A DNA stretch of 64,000 nt, taken from positions 1 to 64,000 of IMG/VR virus record IMGVR_UViG_3300022666_000353; one strand, written 5' to 3'. The notes under the pieces were generated by a model. It was given only the letters and a program-made list of their open reading frames with translations. It had not been told where the DNA came from and did not search any database. The translations under genes and the position numbers were made by a program. This DNA is from a virus. This document shows, piece by piece, positions 37,250 through 45,477 of the stretch. Each line of letters opens with the position of its first letter. Position 1 is the stretch's first letter.

Positions 37250-38316
37250 TATACCTTCCGCATGTAATTCCAGGTGACAGACAGGGCCGTCCAACCACGC
37301 TCATGGCGGCCCCAGGTGTACACGTAACCTCTGGCGTCTGTAACGTTTTTGGTCTCCAGCATTTCAACCCGTTCGTCTTCCTTCAACTTACCTACGACTT
37401 CCCCATTAATGTCTGGGGTCTTGCGAATACGCAGGTCGTCCACATTGCTGGCGTAAACACCAAGATTTGACACAGGGGGCTCCGGCGTGATAACTGCTGG
37501 CGTGAACCGTAACCAGTCTACCAGGGCCGTGGGTGTACCATTAAAGAAGTGCAGCGCAGGAGGGTACTGTGTCCCTTCCATGCCGGTGTAACGCTTCGCC
37601 CATTGTACCATTTTCCAGGTGGCATGTCCCGGCGTAGGAATAGGAAAGTTCAATGCTGGGATGTGGGTGTTCTTCAGTGTGTCCCAGGTTGCCGGAGTGT
37701 TCGACATGGGCACAGGCTGTACCATCACCAGGTCCTTCGACCGTCCCTGACTGGCAAGCCAGGTCACCAATTCTGTACTGGCTTCAATCAGGCTGATAGG
37801 CATCATAAACAGAATAGGGACCGGAGTGCCCTGGTAGCTGAACTGCGGGTCTTTCAGTATCCAGGCATAGAAGGTCTCCAGCTTGCCCTTCACGAACACA
37901 TTACTCTCGCGGTATCCGTCGCGCCCGGTGTCGTACAGTCGCAGGACGATACCGTGGAACGATTTGCCTGCCACCTTATTCCGCATGGCGTGTTTAAAGC
38001 CTTTGTACTGCCAGTCGGACTCCGGGCTACCTGCCTGGTAGATGTCCGTGTCAGGCCGGAAGTTGTGCACCGCAAACAGCGGAACCCCGGCGCGGTACGC
38101 CTTGTCTACATTGGCTGAAAACTGGTCGTCCACGTAGGTGCCCATATCATATTGACCACCAGTGGTATCCAGTTGGTAGCCGTCACTGGCGCGGGCCAGG
38201 ACAAAATCTACACCACCGGCGACCATCTTTCCGATGTCTACACTACCGTTATTTTTATTGACCTCTACGCCCAGAGCCAACTTTGTGGGGTCAATCCCAC
38301 TTCCAATACTACCCAT
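37249..38316 (-). CDS. Endolysin: GH25-like muramidase plus SH3b domain
   Basis: LGVEV...GVDFVLARASDG...DDQF..N...AG.P; C-terminal LRIRKTP...VGKL...WG...GW. Confidence 0.75.
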   Translation of the reverse strand: MGSIGSGIDPTKLALGVEVNKNNGSVDIGKMVAGGVDFVLARASDGYQLDTTGGQYDMGTYVDDQFSANVDKAYRAGVPLFAVHNFRPDTDIYQAGSPESDWQYKGFKHAMRNKVAGKSFHGIVLRLYDTGRDGYRESNVFVKGKLETFYAWILKDPQFSYQGTPVPILFMMPISLIEASTELVTWLASQGRSKDLVMVQPVPMSNTPATWDTLKNTHIPALNFPIPTPGHATWKMVQWAKRYTGMEGTQYPPALHFFNGTPTALVDWLRFTPAVITPEPPVSNLGVYASNVDDLRIRKTPDINGEVVGKLKEDERVEMLETKNVTDARGYVYTWGRHERGWTALSVTWNYMRKV

Positions 38317-38337
38317 AGTTACTCCTTTCATAGTTAG

Positions 38338-38544
38338 TTACCAATTCATTACTACCCGTATCAAGGCGGCAGCAGTTATTAGCGTACCCAAGATAACGCC
38401 CACTACCCAGAACAACAGTCGAATAGCGTCCGCTAATGGCATTCCCATACCAACAGACGCCGCAGTCGCTAAACCCAATAACACCGCGAGTACCGAAAAG
38501 AACAACGAACGTATTACAACCCACCCCCACTTAATGCTTTTCAT
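38338..38544 (-). CDS. 2-TM protein, holin candidate
   Basis: Two TM helices immediately upstream of the endolysin. Confidence 0.5.
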   Translation of the reverse strand: MKSIKWGWVVIRSLFFSVLAVLLGLATAASVGMGMPLADAIRLLFWVVGVILGTLITAAALIRVVMNW

Positions 38545-39131
38545 TTAGTCTCTCCTGGCAAAAACAACCCGCCGGATTTTTGTAACAAAGTTTGCATCGC
38601 CTCTGGTTCGCCCATGAAAGCAGCCACCCGCAGTCGTGCGCTCTCAATAACTGCGACCAGGTCCAATGCCCCCTGCCAGGTGGCTTCGTCGTACGGCAAA
38701 TACGTGGTGTCGTTGATGGTCTGCGGCGGGTTAAACTCCCCTGACCAGCGATAGTCCCCTGGGTAGAACACATCAGCACGGTCGGCCCGCTCTTCCTGGC
38801 CCCAATTAATTTTGTACAGCTTCCCGTTTGCGGCCTTGGCCCACTTAAACCGGTCTACGTATAACCCAACAAAAGATAACTGGGCCCAAGTTGGCCTAGA
38901 TAACAAAGCCTGTTTCGCAAGCAGCATCGCCGGCTGAAACTTAAGTGCGTAGACTTCGTCCAGCAACTTCTCAGCCTTGATAAATACTTCATTGGCCGTG
39001 TCCCCGCCTACCACTGTTCCCGCCAACACGCTACTCTTGAATTTGTTGTCAGGGGTCAACAGAACTTGGTACACAATACCACTCTCACGATGCCGGTGTT
39101 CATCCACCACGATGTCTTTACGTCTCGCCAT
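38541..39131 (-). CDS. Hypothetical protein
   Basis: SD AGGAG. Confidence 0.8.
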   Translation of the reverse strand: MARRKDIVVDEHRHRESGIVYQVLLTPDNKFKSSVLAGTVVGGDTANEVFIKAEKLLDEVYALKFQPAMLLAKQALLSRPTWAQLSFVGLYVDRFKWAKAANGKLYKINWGQEERADRADVFYPGDYRWSGEFNPPQTINDTTYLPYDEATWQGALDLVAVIESARLRVAAFMGEPEAMQTLLQKSGGLFLPGETK

Positions 39132-39150
39132 TCTATTGTCTCCTCTATTC

Positions 39151-39618
39151 CTATGGCATAGGAGAAGTCCAACGAGTTGCGCCCTTACGGATGAGCCAGT
39201 TCTCTACTTCAGCCCAAACCTTCGTCCCATCTTTTACCGGAAATGACGTGATTTCCGTTCGCTTGCCGTTGATGACCTCCACGACCATATCCAAGAACGA
39301 CCCCGTCAACGGGTCCAGACAGAACAGGTGCCAGCGAAAACCAGAGCCAGATTTCTCACGATACACACGATAGGTTCCGTTGTCCCGCAGGCACCCCCGC
39401 ACCCAATTCACATCGGACGCGCTGTGCGCCAGGAATGGGTGAGACGCATTGAGCTCAATGCTCCCTACGCCAGGGACTTCGAGTGTTCCTTCCTGCACCC
39501 TACCCGGTGCGTCGGCAACCACCCGAAGAACCGCAAACGCCGTGGCTGCGATAATACCCAAAAGAAGGATTAACGTAGGAAGACCATTGTTTCTGTGGCA
39601 GCACTCAGTTGCATTCAT
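39151..39618 (-). CDS. Membrane-anchored protein
   Basis: N-terminal TM; SD GGAGGTG. Confidence 0.75.
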   Translation of the reverse strand: MNATECCHRNNGLPTLILLLGIIAATAFAVLRVVADAPGRVQEGTLEVPGVGSIELNASHPFLAHSASDVNWVRGCLRDNGTYRVYREKSGSGFRWHLFCLDPLTGSFLDMVVEVINGKRTEITSFPVKDGTKVWAEVENWLIRKGATRWTSPMP

Positions 39619-39868
39619 CCAACACCTCCGAAAGCTCGGATACTAGAAGTTCTATCGACGCTTTACGCGTTTCTTCAGTTGATAGATTGGCACCGATGAG
39701 CATATCCAGCCACTGCCGTTCGTCACAGCTCAGTGTTTCCCACACCGGGCCGGCTTTCACATCGCCGGCCAAAGTTACGTCCTCAACCGCTAACCTGTTG
39801 CTCAACACAGACCAGGCCAGCGCAGACAATACAGGTTTAAGTTTGGTCAGACGTTCCAGGTTTTCCAT
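39605..39868 (-). CDS. Hypothetical protein
   Basis: SD GGAGG; follows a promoter. Confidence 0.75.
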   Translation of the reverse strand: MENLERLTKLKPVLSALAWSVLSNRLAVEDVTLAGDVKAGPVWETLSCDERQWLDMLIGANLSTEETRKASIELLVSELSEVLDECN

Positions 39869-39903
39869 GCTTTCCTCCAGGTCACTTAACTAATTACACT
39901 ATA

Positions 39904-39933
39904 ATTATAGCATAAAAACCTATGAGAAGTCAA
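39904..39933 (-). promoter_or_regulatory. sigma70-type promoter
   Basis: TTGACT-18-(TGc)TATAAT. Confidence 0.75.
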
Positions 39934-40744
39934 CCCAGTCTTCACCAATTTCCAGCTTTGAACGCATTGTGTCCCACACATACCCCGAGTTAGACGTGTC
40001 CTCTGGCTTACAATTCAGAGCGGACAGCCCCGCATCATCTTCTGATACGAACCAGGCGATGTGTTCGAACGGACTCATGTGCCCGTTATATAGAAGACGT
40101 TGGGCCAGTTCAAAGTTATCTCCGTCGTTCTTACCGGAGTACGTCACACGGGCAATGCGCCCAGCAGCTTCCATAGGGTGCCCGCCGAACGGGACGTGTA
40201 CCCCGCTATACTGCCAGTTGATGGTGTCAATAACATGCTTGACGGAACGTGCAAATATTTGCATGGCTGTGTCCGCGTTAGTCGTCAGGCGAAGTTCCAG
40301 AAACTTTTCCCAGGCGTGTTCGGTTCCGGTGATAATCCCTGTAACCATTTTAATTGTCGGCAACAGCCGATTAGCCTGTTCACGAGAAACCCCAAGCTCG
40401 GTCAACAGGTTTACGTAGGATACTGCGTCTTCCCAGGCTTGTTCCCACACACGCGATGCTAAGATTTGTGTGTCCTCTGGTAGTGCGGCTCCCACGCTCA
40501 TTCCCGGGCGGTCCTCATAAAACGTTTCCGGCGTGTAATGTCCCATGCCAACATGGCGGTCAGGTCGCTGTGCGCGTGAGCTAGAAGCGTTGCGGGCAAA
40601 ACGTCGATGCGTCAAAATCTCGGTCCAGATGTAGACCGGCAAGTGAACCTGTAACGTAATTAAACCGTTATACGCGTACGGTTCGCCCCGCGTGGCAAGC
40701 ACAGGTAGCACCGTCATTGCATTATTAGTTTCCGTCATCGTCAC
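39920..40744 (-). CDS. thyX: FAD-dependent thymidylate synthase-like protein
   Basis: EILTHRRFARNASSSRA (RHRx7S variant), ANRLL, FLELR, HMSPFEH. Confidence 0.8.
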   Translation of the reverse strand: MTMTETNNAMTVLPVLATRGEPYAYNGLITLQVHLPVYIWTEILTHRRFARNASSSRAQRPDRHVGMGHYTPETFYEDRPGMSVGAALPEDTQILASRVWEQAWEDAVSYVNLLTELGVSREQANRLLPTIKMVTGIITGTEHAWEKFLELRLTTNADTAMQIFARSVKHVIDTINWQYSGVHVPFGGHPMEAAGRIARVTYSGKNDGDNFELAQRLLYNGHMSPFEHIAWFVSEDDAGLSALNCKPEDTSNSGYVWDTMRSKLEIGEDWVDFS

Positions 40745-41072
40745 TCCCGTTTAGTTTTACACGTGAAAATAAAATGTCCGCCAGGCTGACTTCAGACTTA
40801 CCACAAGTCCACACATTCGTATACTTCGTGTCGCCGCAGCTCGGACACTGAATTGGGTTTACCCTGTTAATCTGGTCGTATTGAGTACCGTTTATCAGCA
40901 CGTGCTCCCCAACAACCCCAAACACACTCGGGTCATACACGTCAGACCCGCACACGGCACACCTGGTGTAAGGGTGGTCGGGTACATAAACAATCACCTG
41001 GTCAACGACGGCCCTATCTAAAATACACGCGTCTGGTCCGATATGATAAACGTTGTTAATCTCCTCAGACAT
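40725..41072 (-). CDS. Zn-ribbon protein
   Basis: CAVC/CPSC. Confidence 0.7.
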   Translation of the reverse strand: MSEEINNVYHIGPDACILDRAVVDQVIVYVPDHPYTRCAVCGSDVYDPSVFGVVGEHVLINGTQYDQINRVNPIQCPSCGDTKYTNVWTCGKSEVSLADILFSRVKLNGSDDDGN

Positions 41073-41080
41073 TGTCTCAC

Positions 41081-41554
41081 CTATACCACGTCACCTACAA
41101 AGTGCAATGTGTCAGCCAGGGACAAGCCAAAGAACGCACCAACAAGTCCCGTAAAAACCAGAGGATGCACAGCCACATTGAAATACCACACAGACACGGC
41201 AGGGATAAACAATAACCACACTATCCGAATCGCCGTGCTAACAAACGGGAAGTGTGAGAAAAAATTTCTGTGCCCCTTTCTGCCAAACCCTACGAAACGC
41301 ATAACCCACGCGTATATAACGAACCATGCCACCAGGACCGCCCCAACAATCTTTAACTCACGCATCATGCGCCCCTCTGAGTTGGTCAAGCCAAGCAGGT
41401 CAAGGTCGGGGTCGAACCACCTGCCTGACAGGTACCCAGCAACGACTCCAACAGAATAAACCGGCTCACCAGACACAACCCCCACGACCAGGGCTGCGCC
41501 GGCTGCCGGTATAATCCCATATTTCCATACCTTTAAATGTCCTTTTCCGTCCAC
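41081..41554 (-). CDS. Membrane metal-dependent hydrolase (DUF2227/YdjM-like)
   Basis: N-terminal H, PDLD, HR..FSH, H...D motifs with TM helices. Confidence 0.75.
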   Translation of the reverse strand: MDGKGHLKVWKYGIIPAAGAALVVGVVSGEPVYSVGVVAGYLSGRWFDPDLDLLGLTNSEGRMMRELKIVGAVLVAWFVIYAWVMRFVGFGRKGHRNFFSHFPFVSTAIRIVWLLFIPAVSVWYFNVAVHPLVFTGLVGAFFGLSLADTLHFVGDVV

Positions 41555-41802
41555 TTGTTTTTACCTATAAACGGCGGCTCCTCTCCAATAAAATCGTCCC
41601 CGTCGAAAATCAGAACCGGTTTGTAAAGTGCCTCAGCATACATATCTGCGGACGACTTAAACTCTTCCCGGTTGTCTCCTCCCGGACCTATACCGCGAAC
41701 GGTCAACCCATTCGGTTTACCGGCGTCGTCGTAGTAAACTTCGTGGATTTCGTAATAGCTGCGCGGGTGCTGCTTAACTACTCGGTAATTCCATCCGGCC
41801 AC
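41533..41802 (-). CDS. Hypothetical phage protein
   Basis: WNYRVV...IHEVYYD...GKP motif. Confidence 0.75.
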   Translation of the reverse strand: MAGWNYRVVKQHPRSYYEIHEVYYDDAGKPNGLTVRGIGPGGDNREEFKSSADMYAEALYKPVLIFDGDDFIGEEPPFIGKNKWTEKDI

Positions 41803-42035
41803 GTACCCTCCGTTTCCAACGTTATTAAAGACTCCAGGTCATTAACGAGTCCGCGCAACTGCTCTACTGATAACCAAATAGCTCCGCTGCTGTCCCCGAC
41901 GTCCACGGATAACATAAAAGTTCTTTCTCCGTTATCCCCTTTATCTGGCTGTATCGCGGCTGACCCGGAACAATAACGAGAACCACACCCGCACGGGACG
42001 TAAATCATTGGACGGCCCAATTCATTTCTTTCCAT
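41778..42035 (-). CDS. Hypothetical protein
   Basis: SD GGAGGAGG. Confidence 0.65.
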   Translation of the reverse strand: MERNELGRPMIYVPCGCGSRYCSGSAAIQPDKGDNGERTFMLSVDVGDSSGAIWLSVEQLRGLVNDLESLITLETEGTWPDGITE

Positions 42036-42273
42036 CGTCCTCCTCCTTTGCCATTCGGATGATGTCAGCCAGGGTCTCAATTATTTCTCTGCGAATGTCT
42101 GGGTCTATTTCTTCAAACCCATGCTTAATACCGCGCCGGTCACAAAGGTTTGCTACAACACCACGGGCCGCCCGGTAAGCCCAGTCTCCCTCAACTACAA
42201 ACCCTTCTCCATCCGGGGCATCATACGGCCACTGTGTCCCTGCCTCAAGGTTCCATTTTGCGTAATCGGTCAC
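42022..42273 (-). CDS. Hypothetical phage protein
   Basis: LCDRRGIKH..E.ID.DIR.EI; SD AAGGAGG. Confidence 0.75.
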   Translation of the reverse strand: MTDYAKWNLEAGTQWPYDAPDGEGFVVEGDWAYRAARGVVANLCDRRGIKHGFEEIDPDIRREIIETLADIIRMAKEEDDGKK

Positions 42274-42301
42274 TATGTCCTCCTTAAATCAAAACGACCC
42301 G

Positions 42302-42544
42302 TTATTCTTTCGGGGCGTTAAAGATGGAAACAGGCATTGAGGCCGCACTTACTGACGGTATTTCTACCCAACAATACAACGTGCCATGGTAATACCACAG
42401 CCTGCCAGGTTGCACGCGGGCCAGGTCTTGTAAGCATTCCTCAGAAATCACATCGCCGCTTCCGTCTACGTCACCAACTTTTGCAATAATCCCCCGAACA
42501 AATACTTTTGGGTCGTTATCGCTGCTAAGAATAACATTGTTCAA
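42302..42544 (-). CDS. Hypothetical protein
   Basis: VDGSGDVIS resembles the start of prohead-protease-like domains (weak). Confidence 0.55.
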   Translation of the reverse strand: MNNVILSSDNDPKVFVRGIIAKVGDVDGSGDVISEECLQDLARVQPGRLWYYHGTLYCWVEIPSVSAASMPVSIFNAPKE

Positions 42545-42572
42545 AACGCACCATCCTTTAAATTAAAAAAGA

Positions 42573-42644
42573 AGCCCCCACCCAGACGTGCGCTGGGTTC
42601 TCCTGATTACAGGTCAGGTGCGTCACTATATACGCTTTAGGGGC
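42573..42644 (-). tRNA. tRNA-Thr(TGT), atypical T-loop and C33
   Basis: CCTGA-CC TGT AA-TCAGG; T arm CCCAG-CGCACGT-CTGGG; acceptor GCCCCTA/TGGGGGC. Confidence 0.75.
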
Positions 42645-42650
42645 AGTCAA

Positions 42651-42722
42651 AGCCGAAGGAGAGATTTGAACTCTCAACCTACCCGATACGAACGGGCTGC
42701 TCTACCGTTGGGCTACTTCGGC
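42651..42722 (-). tRNA. tRNA-Thr(CGT)
   Basis: GCCGAAG/CTTCGGC acceptor; GCCCG-TT CGT AT-CGGGT; GAGAG-TTCAAAT-CTCTC. Confidence 0.9.
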
Positions 42723-43015
42723 GTACGGGTACGGGCATTGCGACAGAGGCTCGTTAGGTAGTGGCCCTAGATTTGTTATGCGCTTCCTGCTGCGGCAAGG
42801 GGAACCACTCGCGCTTCCACCCACTCCGGCTTGTATCCCGGTTTGTACGTCCTTGACCCGTTAGTTTTAAAAATAGGACACAGCGACCTGTGTCCTTCTG
42901 CACCAGGTTTACTACCACCTCACGGATACTGTTTAGCTATTCGACTATCCGCGGTTCATCGAACGTGCTTTAGCAAGGTCTTCTTTGTACTTGAGAAGAC
43001 GAGCCTGGTACATAG

Positions 43016-43083
43016 TAGCGGGGGAGAGGGTCGAACTCTCTTAAGGAAGGTTATGGGCCTGCCGGGTTCCGAACCACCCCGCT
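43016..43083 (-). tRNA. Compact tRNA(CAT) with tRNA-Pyl-like geometry
   Basis: AGCGGGG-T-GGTT(CGG)AACC-C-GGCAGG-CC CAT AA-CCTTCC-TTAA-GAGAG TTCGACC CTCTC-CCCCGCT-A. Confidence 0.75.
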
Positions 43084-43088
43084 TCAAA

Positions 43089-43292
43089 TCAACTAACTTT
43101 TACGTACCTAATTTCTTTTGCTTGTCGTTCTTCCGTCTGTCCTACGTAGTACGCAGCCACAATCAAAGCATCCACATTGGACATGTCCACGGCCTTACCA
43201 TACAACTGACCTGCGGCAATCTTTTCCTTAATGGTCCGTGCCATGAACTCAATCGAAAGTTTCTCTACATCCTGATACGGGCCCATAATCAT
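43089..43292 (-). CDS. Small hypothetical protein inside the RNA cluster
   Basis: SD AGGAG. Confidence 0.6.
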   Translation of the reverse strand: MIMGPYQDVEKLSIEFMARTIKEKIAAGQLYGKAVDMSNVDALIVAAYYVGQTEERQAKEIRYVKVS

Positions 43293-43316
43293 TCTCCTGG
43301 TTTTGCTGGCCTAGAG

Positions 43317-43451
43317 TGGTCATCCAGCGCGGGGTCAGTGCTCGAACCCTTTGTACGGTGCTTCTTCCGTCAGTAGGATTGAACAGCGGGCCTGTTCTCC
43401 CCAGCAAGTCCAGTTGCAACGACTGTCGGCTATCACTGTGTGCCGAATGAC
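43317..43451 (-). ncRNA. Candidate structured RNA ending in CCA
   Basis: 5' GTCATTCGGC pairs with 3' GCTGGATGAC, followed by CA. Confidence 0.45.
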
Positions 43452-43455
43452 TAGG

Positions 43456-43527
43456 CGGGCTGGGAGCGTCTCGAACGCTCACTTCCCGTTTAAACGGCGG
43501 GTGTTCTGCCTAATGAACTTCCAACCC
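43456..43527 (-). tRNA. tRNA-Lys(TTT), variant anticodon arm (G33, C-A 31:39 mismatch)
   Basis: GGGTTGG/CCAGCCC; CCCGC-CG TTT AA-ACGGG; GAGCG-TTCGAGA-CGCTC. Confidence 0.75.
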
Positions 43528-43561
43528 GTGTGGACACAGTCGCCGCTGTGTCCGTTTCGTG

Positions 43562-43921
43562 CTAGTTAATTTCGTGGTACTCCAGCACCGCCACATCGGG
43601 GAACCGGACGTAGCCTTCGTCCGCGTCAAAGTAATACAGTTCTGCCGCGTTCAGCGGGGCAGGCCAACGCTCTTTCCACATCACCACCATTGCGCCCGCC
43701 TCTTCTTCCGTCACCGTGCCGGTGGACGCCAGGTAATTCGCCAGGTTGCGAACCGCACTCAACGCGGCCTCATACTTTTTCTGCGCCCGTTCGAACGTGC
43801 CGATTGCGGTGTTCTGCCACTCCTGCCAGGGGCCGTCATCGGACAGCACCCGCACACCATCTTCAACCACACGGGCCGTGATTTTCTCCGAACACCAATC
43901 TTTCACTACTTCGATATACAC
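43562..43921 (-). CDS. Hypothetical protein inside the RNA cluster
   Basis: SD AGGAGG before GTG. Confidence 0.75.
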   Translation of the reverse strand: MYIEVVKDWCSEKITARVVEDGVRVLSDDGPWQEWQNTAIGTFERAQKKYEAALSAVRNLANYLASTGTVTEEEAGAMVVMWKERWPAPLNAAELYYFDADEGYVRFPDVAVLEYHEIN

Positions 43922-43957
43922 GTGTAATCCTCCTAAACTAGTAGAATAAAGGACCAG

Positions 43958-44051
43958 AGCGGGAGAGTGGACTTGAACCACTACCTCCTCCACTGCCTGT
44001 TTAAGCTACCAGTCACAGTGGCGTGCTGTACCGCACTATACACCACCCCGC
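43958..44051 (-). tRNA. tRNA-like RNA with ~20-nt insertion in the anticodon arm (possibly His GTG)
   Basis: T arm AGTGG-TTCAAGT-CCACT, acceptor GCGGGG/TCCCGC, CCACTG...CAGTGG enclosing TGACTGGTAGCTTAAACAGG. Confidence 0.6.
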
Positions 44052-44099
44052 ATAATAGGGACACGGGCAATCCTTAGTCATGCCGCTGTGTCCCATACC

Positions 44100-44190
44100 G
44101 CCCATCCGTCTTTCCCCGTCCTTCCCCGGTCTGGTTTCCCCTAATCCCTGTTTCCAGGGGAATGGTAGAACTCTCAGTCACGTGATGGGC
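44100..44190 (-). ncRNA. Candidate small structured RNA
   Basis: GCCCATC/GATGGGC closing stem, CCCTG-GAAA-CAGGG GNRA hairpin. Confidence 0.45.
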
Positions 44191-44196
44191 AGTGAG

Positions 44197-44282
44197 TGGT
44201 GACGGCTGGATTTGAACCAGCATTACCCATGTGGGAACCTGTTTTACAGACAAGCGCGACTAACCGTATTCGCATCGTCACC
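44197..44282 (-). tRNA. tRNA-Tyr(GTA)
   Basis: GGTGACG/CGTCACC-A; CTTGT-CT GTA AA-ACAGG; long variable arm; GCTGG-TTCAAAT-CCAGC. Confidence 0.9.
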
Positions 44283-44400
44283 GTAAATAAACTAAATTTT
44301 TGTGGTACACCAAAAGACCAATCTCCGGGGGACTAAGGCGGTCAGACCCTAGTCCCCCTTTACCTGGAGGTTGAAAATGAAGGGGCGGTCAGACCCCTAG

Positions 44401-44474
44401 AGAGCGGGGCAGGGGTTGAACCTGCTACCTCCTGGTTGTCTTACCCAGGGCTCCTACCGCGGAGCTTCCCACTC
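44401..44474 (-). tRNA. tRNA-like RNA, ambiguous anticodon (9-nt loop GTAAGACAA)
   Basis: GAGTGGG/CCCGCTC; D arm GCTC/GAGC; CCTGG/CCAGG; GCAGG-TTCAACC-CCTGC. Confidence 0.65.
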
Positions 44475-44586
44475 TGGTCGAGCGTCCCAGCGTCGTCTGG
44501 GTTAGCCGGTCACGTTGGTGGCCTCCCGCTGAACCCGGCGCGGTACACCTGCCATACCGCTGGCGTCCGTTCACCACATCACTCGA
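44475..44586 (-). ncRNA. tRNA-mimic RNA (acceptor, T-like arm and CCA; long hairpin replaces D and anticodon arms)
   Basis: TCGAGTG/CGCTCGA-CCA; CCCAG-ACGACG-CTGGG; nested GTGGT/GCCAC, GAAC/GTTC, GCGGTA/TACCGC. Confidence 0.5.
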
Positions 44587-44952
44587 AGTAAATGTCCCAG
44601 TCCACAAAGCCCCGTCAGGGTCGGGTATCTAACCTGGATACCACCACTCTATATTTCAAGAGTTTCGATGGGTGGGCGGGCTTATCACTGGTTTGTCCCT
44701 GTCGCTGCCGGTCTGCTTGCCGACTGTCATCACCACTCCGCGCTAAATCCAGGTGACGGAAAGGAGAGATGGTTACTCCTCTGGCGGGCTGTCTTTTCCA
44801 GCGGTCATTGTCCGACTGAATTGTGTCCGGCTACCGAGTTTTTTGATGTGTTGGTAAATGGATTGGGTATGCGCCAAAGAGCCTATCCTCTGTAATAGCT
44901 CCTGATAAGTCACCAACACGTCTCTGACCCGTTCCAGTCAGTCGCAACCAAA

Positions 44953-45024
44953 AGGCACTTGAGTGATTCGAACACTCGTCTGCGCCGTACAACCGGCGCG
45001 TTTTCCCAATTAAACTAAAGTGCC
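44953..45024 (-). tRNA. tRNA-like RNA with 6- or 8-nt anticodon loop
   Basis: GGCACTT/AAGTGCC; GCGCCG-GTTGTA-CGGCGC; GAGTG-TTCGAAT-CACTC. Confidence 0.75.
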
Positions 45025-45114
45025 GTCGTCCCTACGTTCCCGTCATTACGGGTCTATGGGTTGCCTCAGTCCCAACTCTGGAGGTGAACATGACTGGCCA
45101 CACCTGGCCAAGGC

Positions 45115-45187
45115 GGTGCCGGGGGGGAGTTGAACCCACAACCTCCTGTTTTGGAGACAGGTGCTCTGCCAATTGAGCCTCCGGCCC
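45115..45187 (-). tRNA. tRNA-Trp(CCA)
   Basis: GCTC-AATTGGCA-GAGC D arm; CCTGT-CT CCA AA-ACAGG; GTTCAACTC T loop. Confidence 0.85.
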
Positions 45188-45190
45188 GTA

Positions 45191-45400
45191 AGATTGGGAC
45201 ACGGTGAGGTGCCTGAGAATAGCGCCGCGCCAGTTATTCTTCGTTCGTTTATCGGCCATCTCCTGGACCCTCCTGGTACTGGATGCGCCCCCGCAGTGCC
45301 ACGTACTACCAGGATTAGAGCATTCCGACTACCCACGACACCGAGGCCACTCACCTAACTTACAGGTCGGTGCGGCTGACACAACCCGTGTCCCAAATCT
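45191..45400 (-). ncRNA. Unknown ~210-nt structured RNA
   Basis: 11-bp closing helix TTGGGACACGG/CCGTGTCCCAA; internal CCTGGTA/TACCAGG hairpin. Confidence 0.55.
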
Positions 45401-45477
45401 TTAAATTAAGTTTTCTTCCCAACGCACCTCCCACGGGTTCTATGGGTTGCCTCTGTCCCTTCTTGTCCAACTCGCAG

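Noticed and set aside
43456-43527. Ochre suppressor tRNA (TTA anticodon) or recoded genome
   Set aside because: Standard 5+7+5 geometry gives TTT; all three stop codons end genes and long ORFs are intact in code 11
44100-44190. Hammerhead ribozyme (CTGAGAG...GAAA)
   Set aside because: Could not build the three-stem junction with a cleavage triplet
44608-44681. Additional tRNA gene
   Set aside because: tRNA-sized with terminal pairing, but no credible D or T loop and no 7-nt anticodon loop
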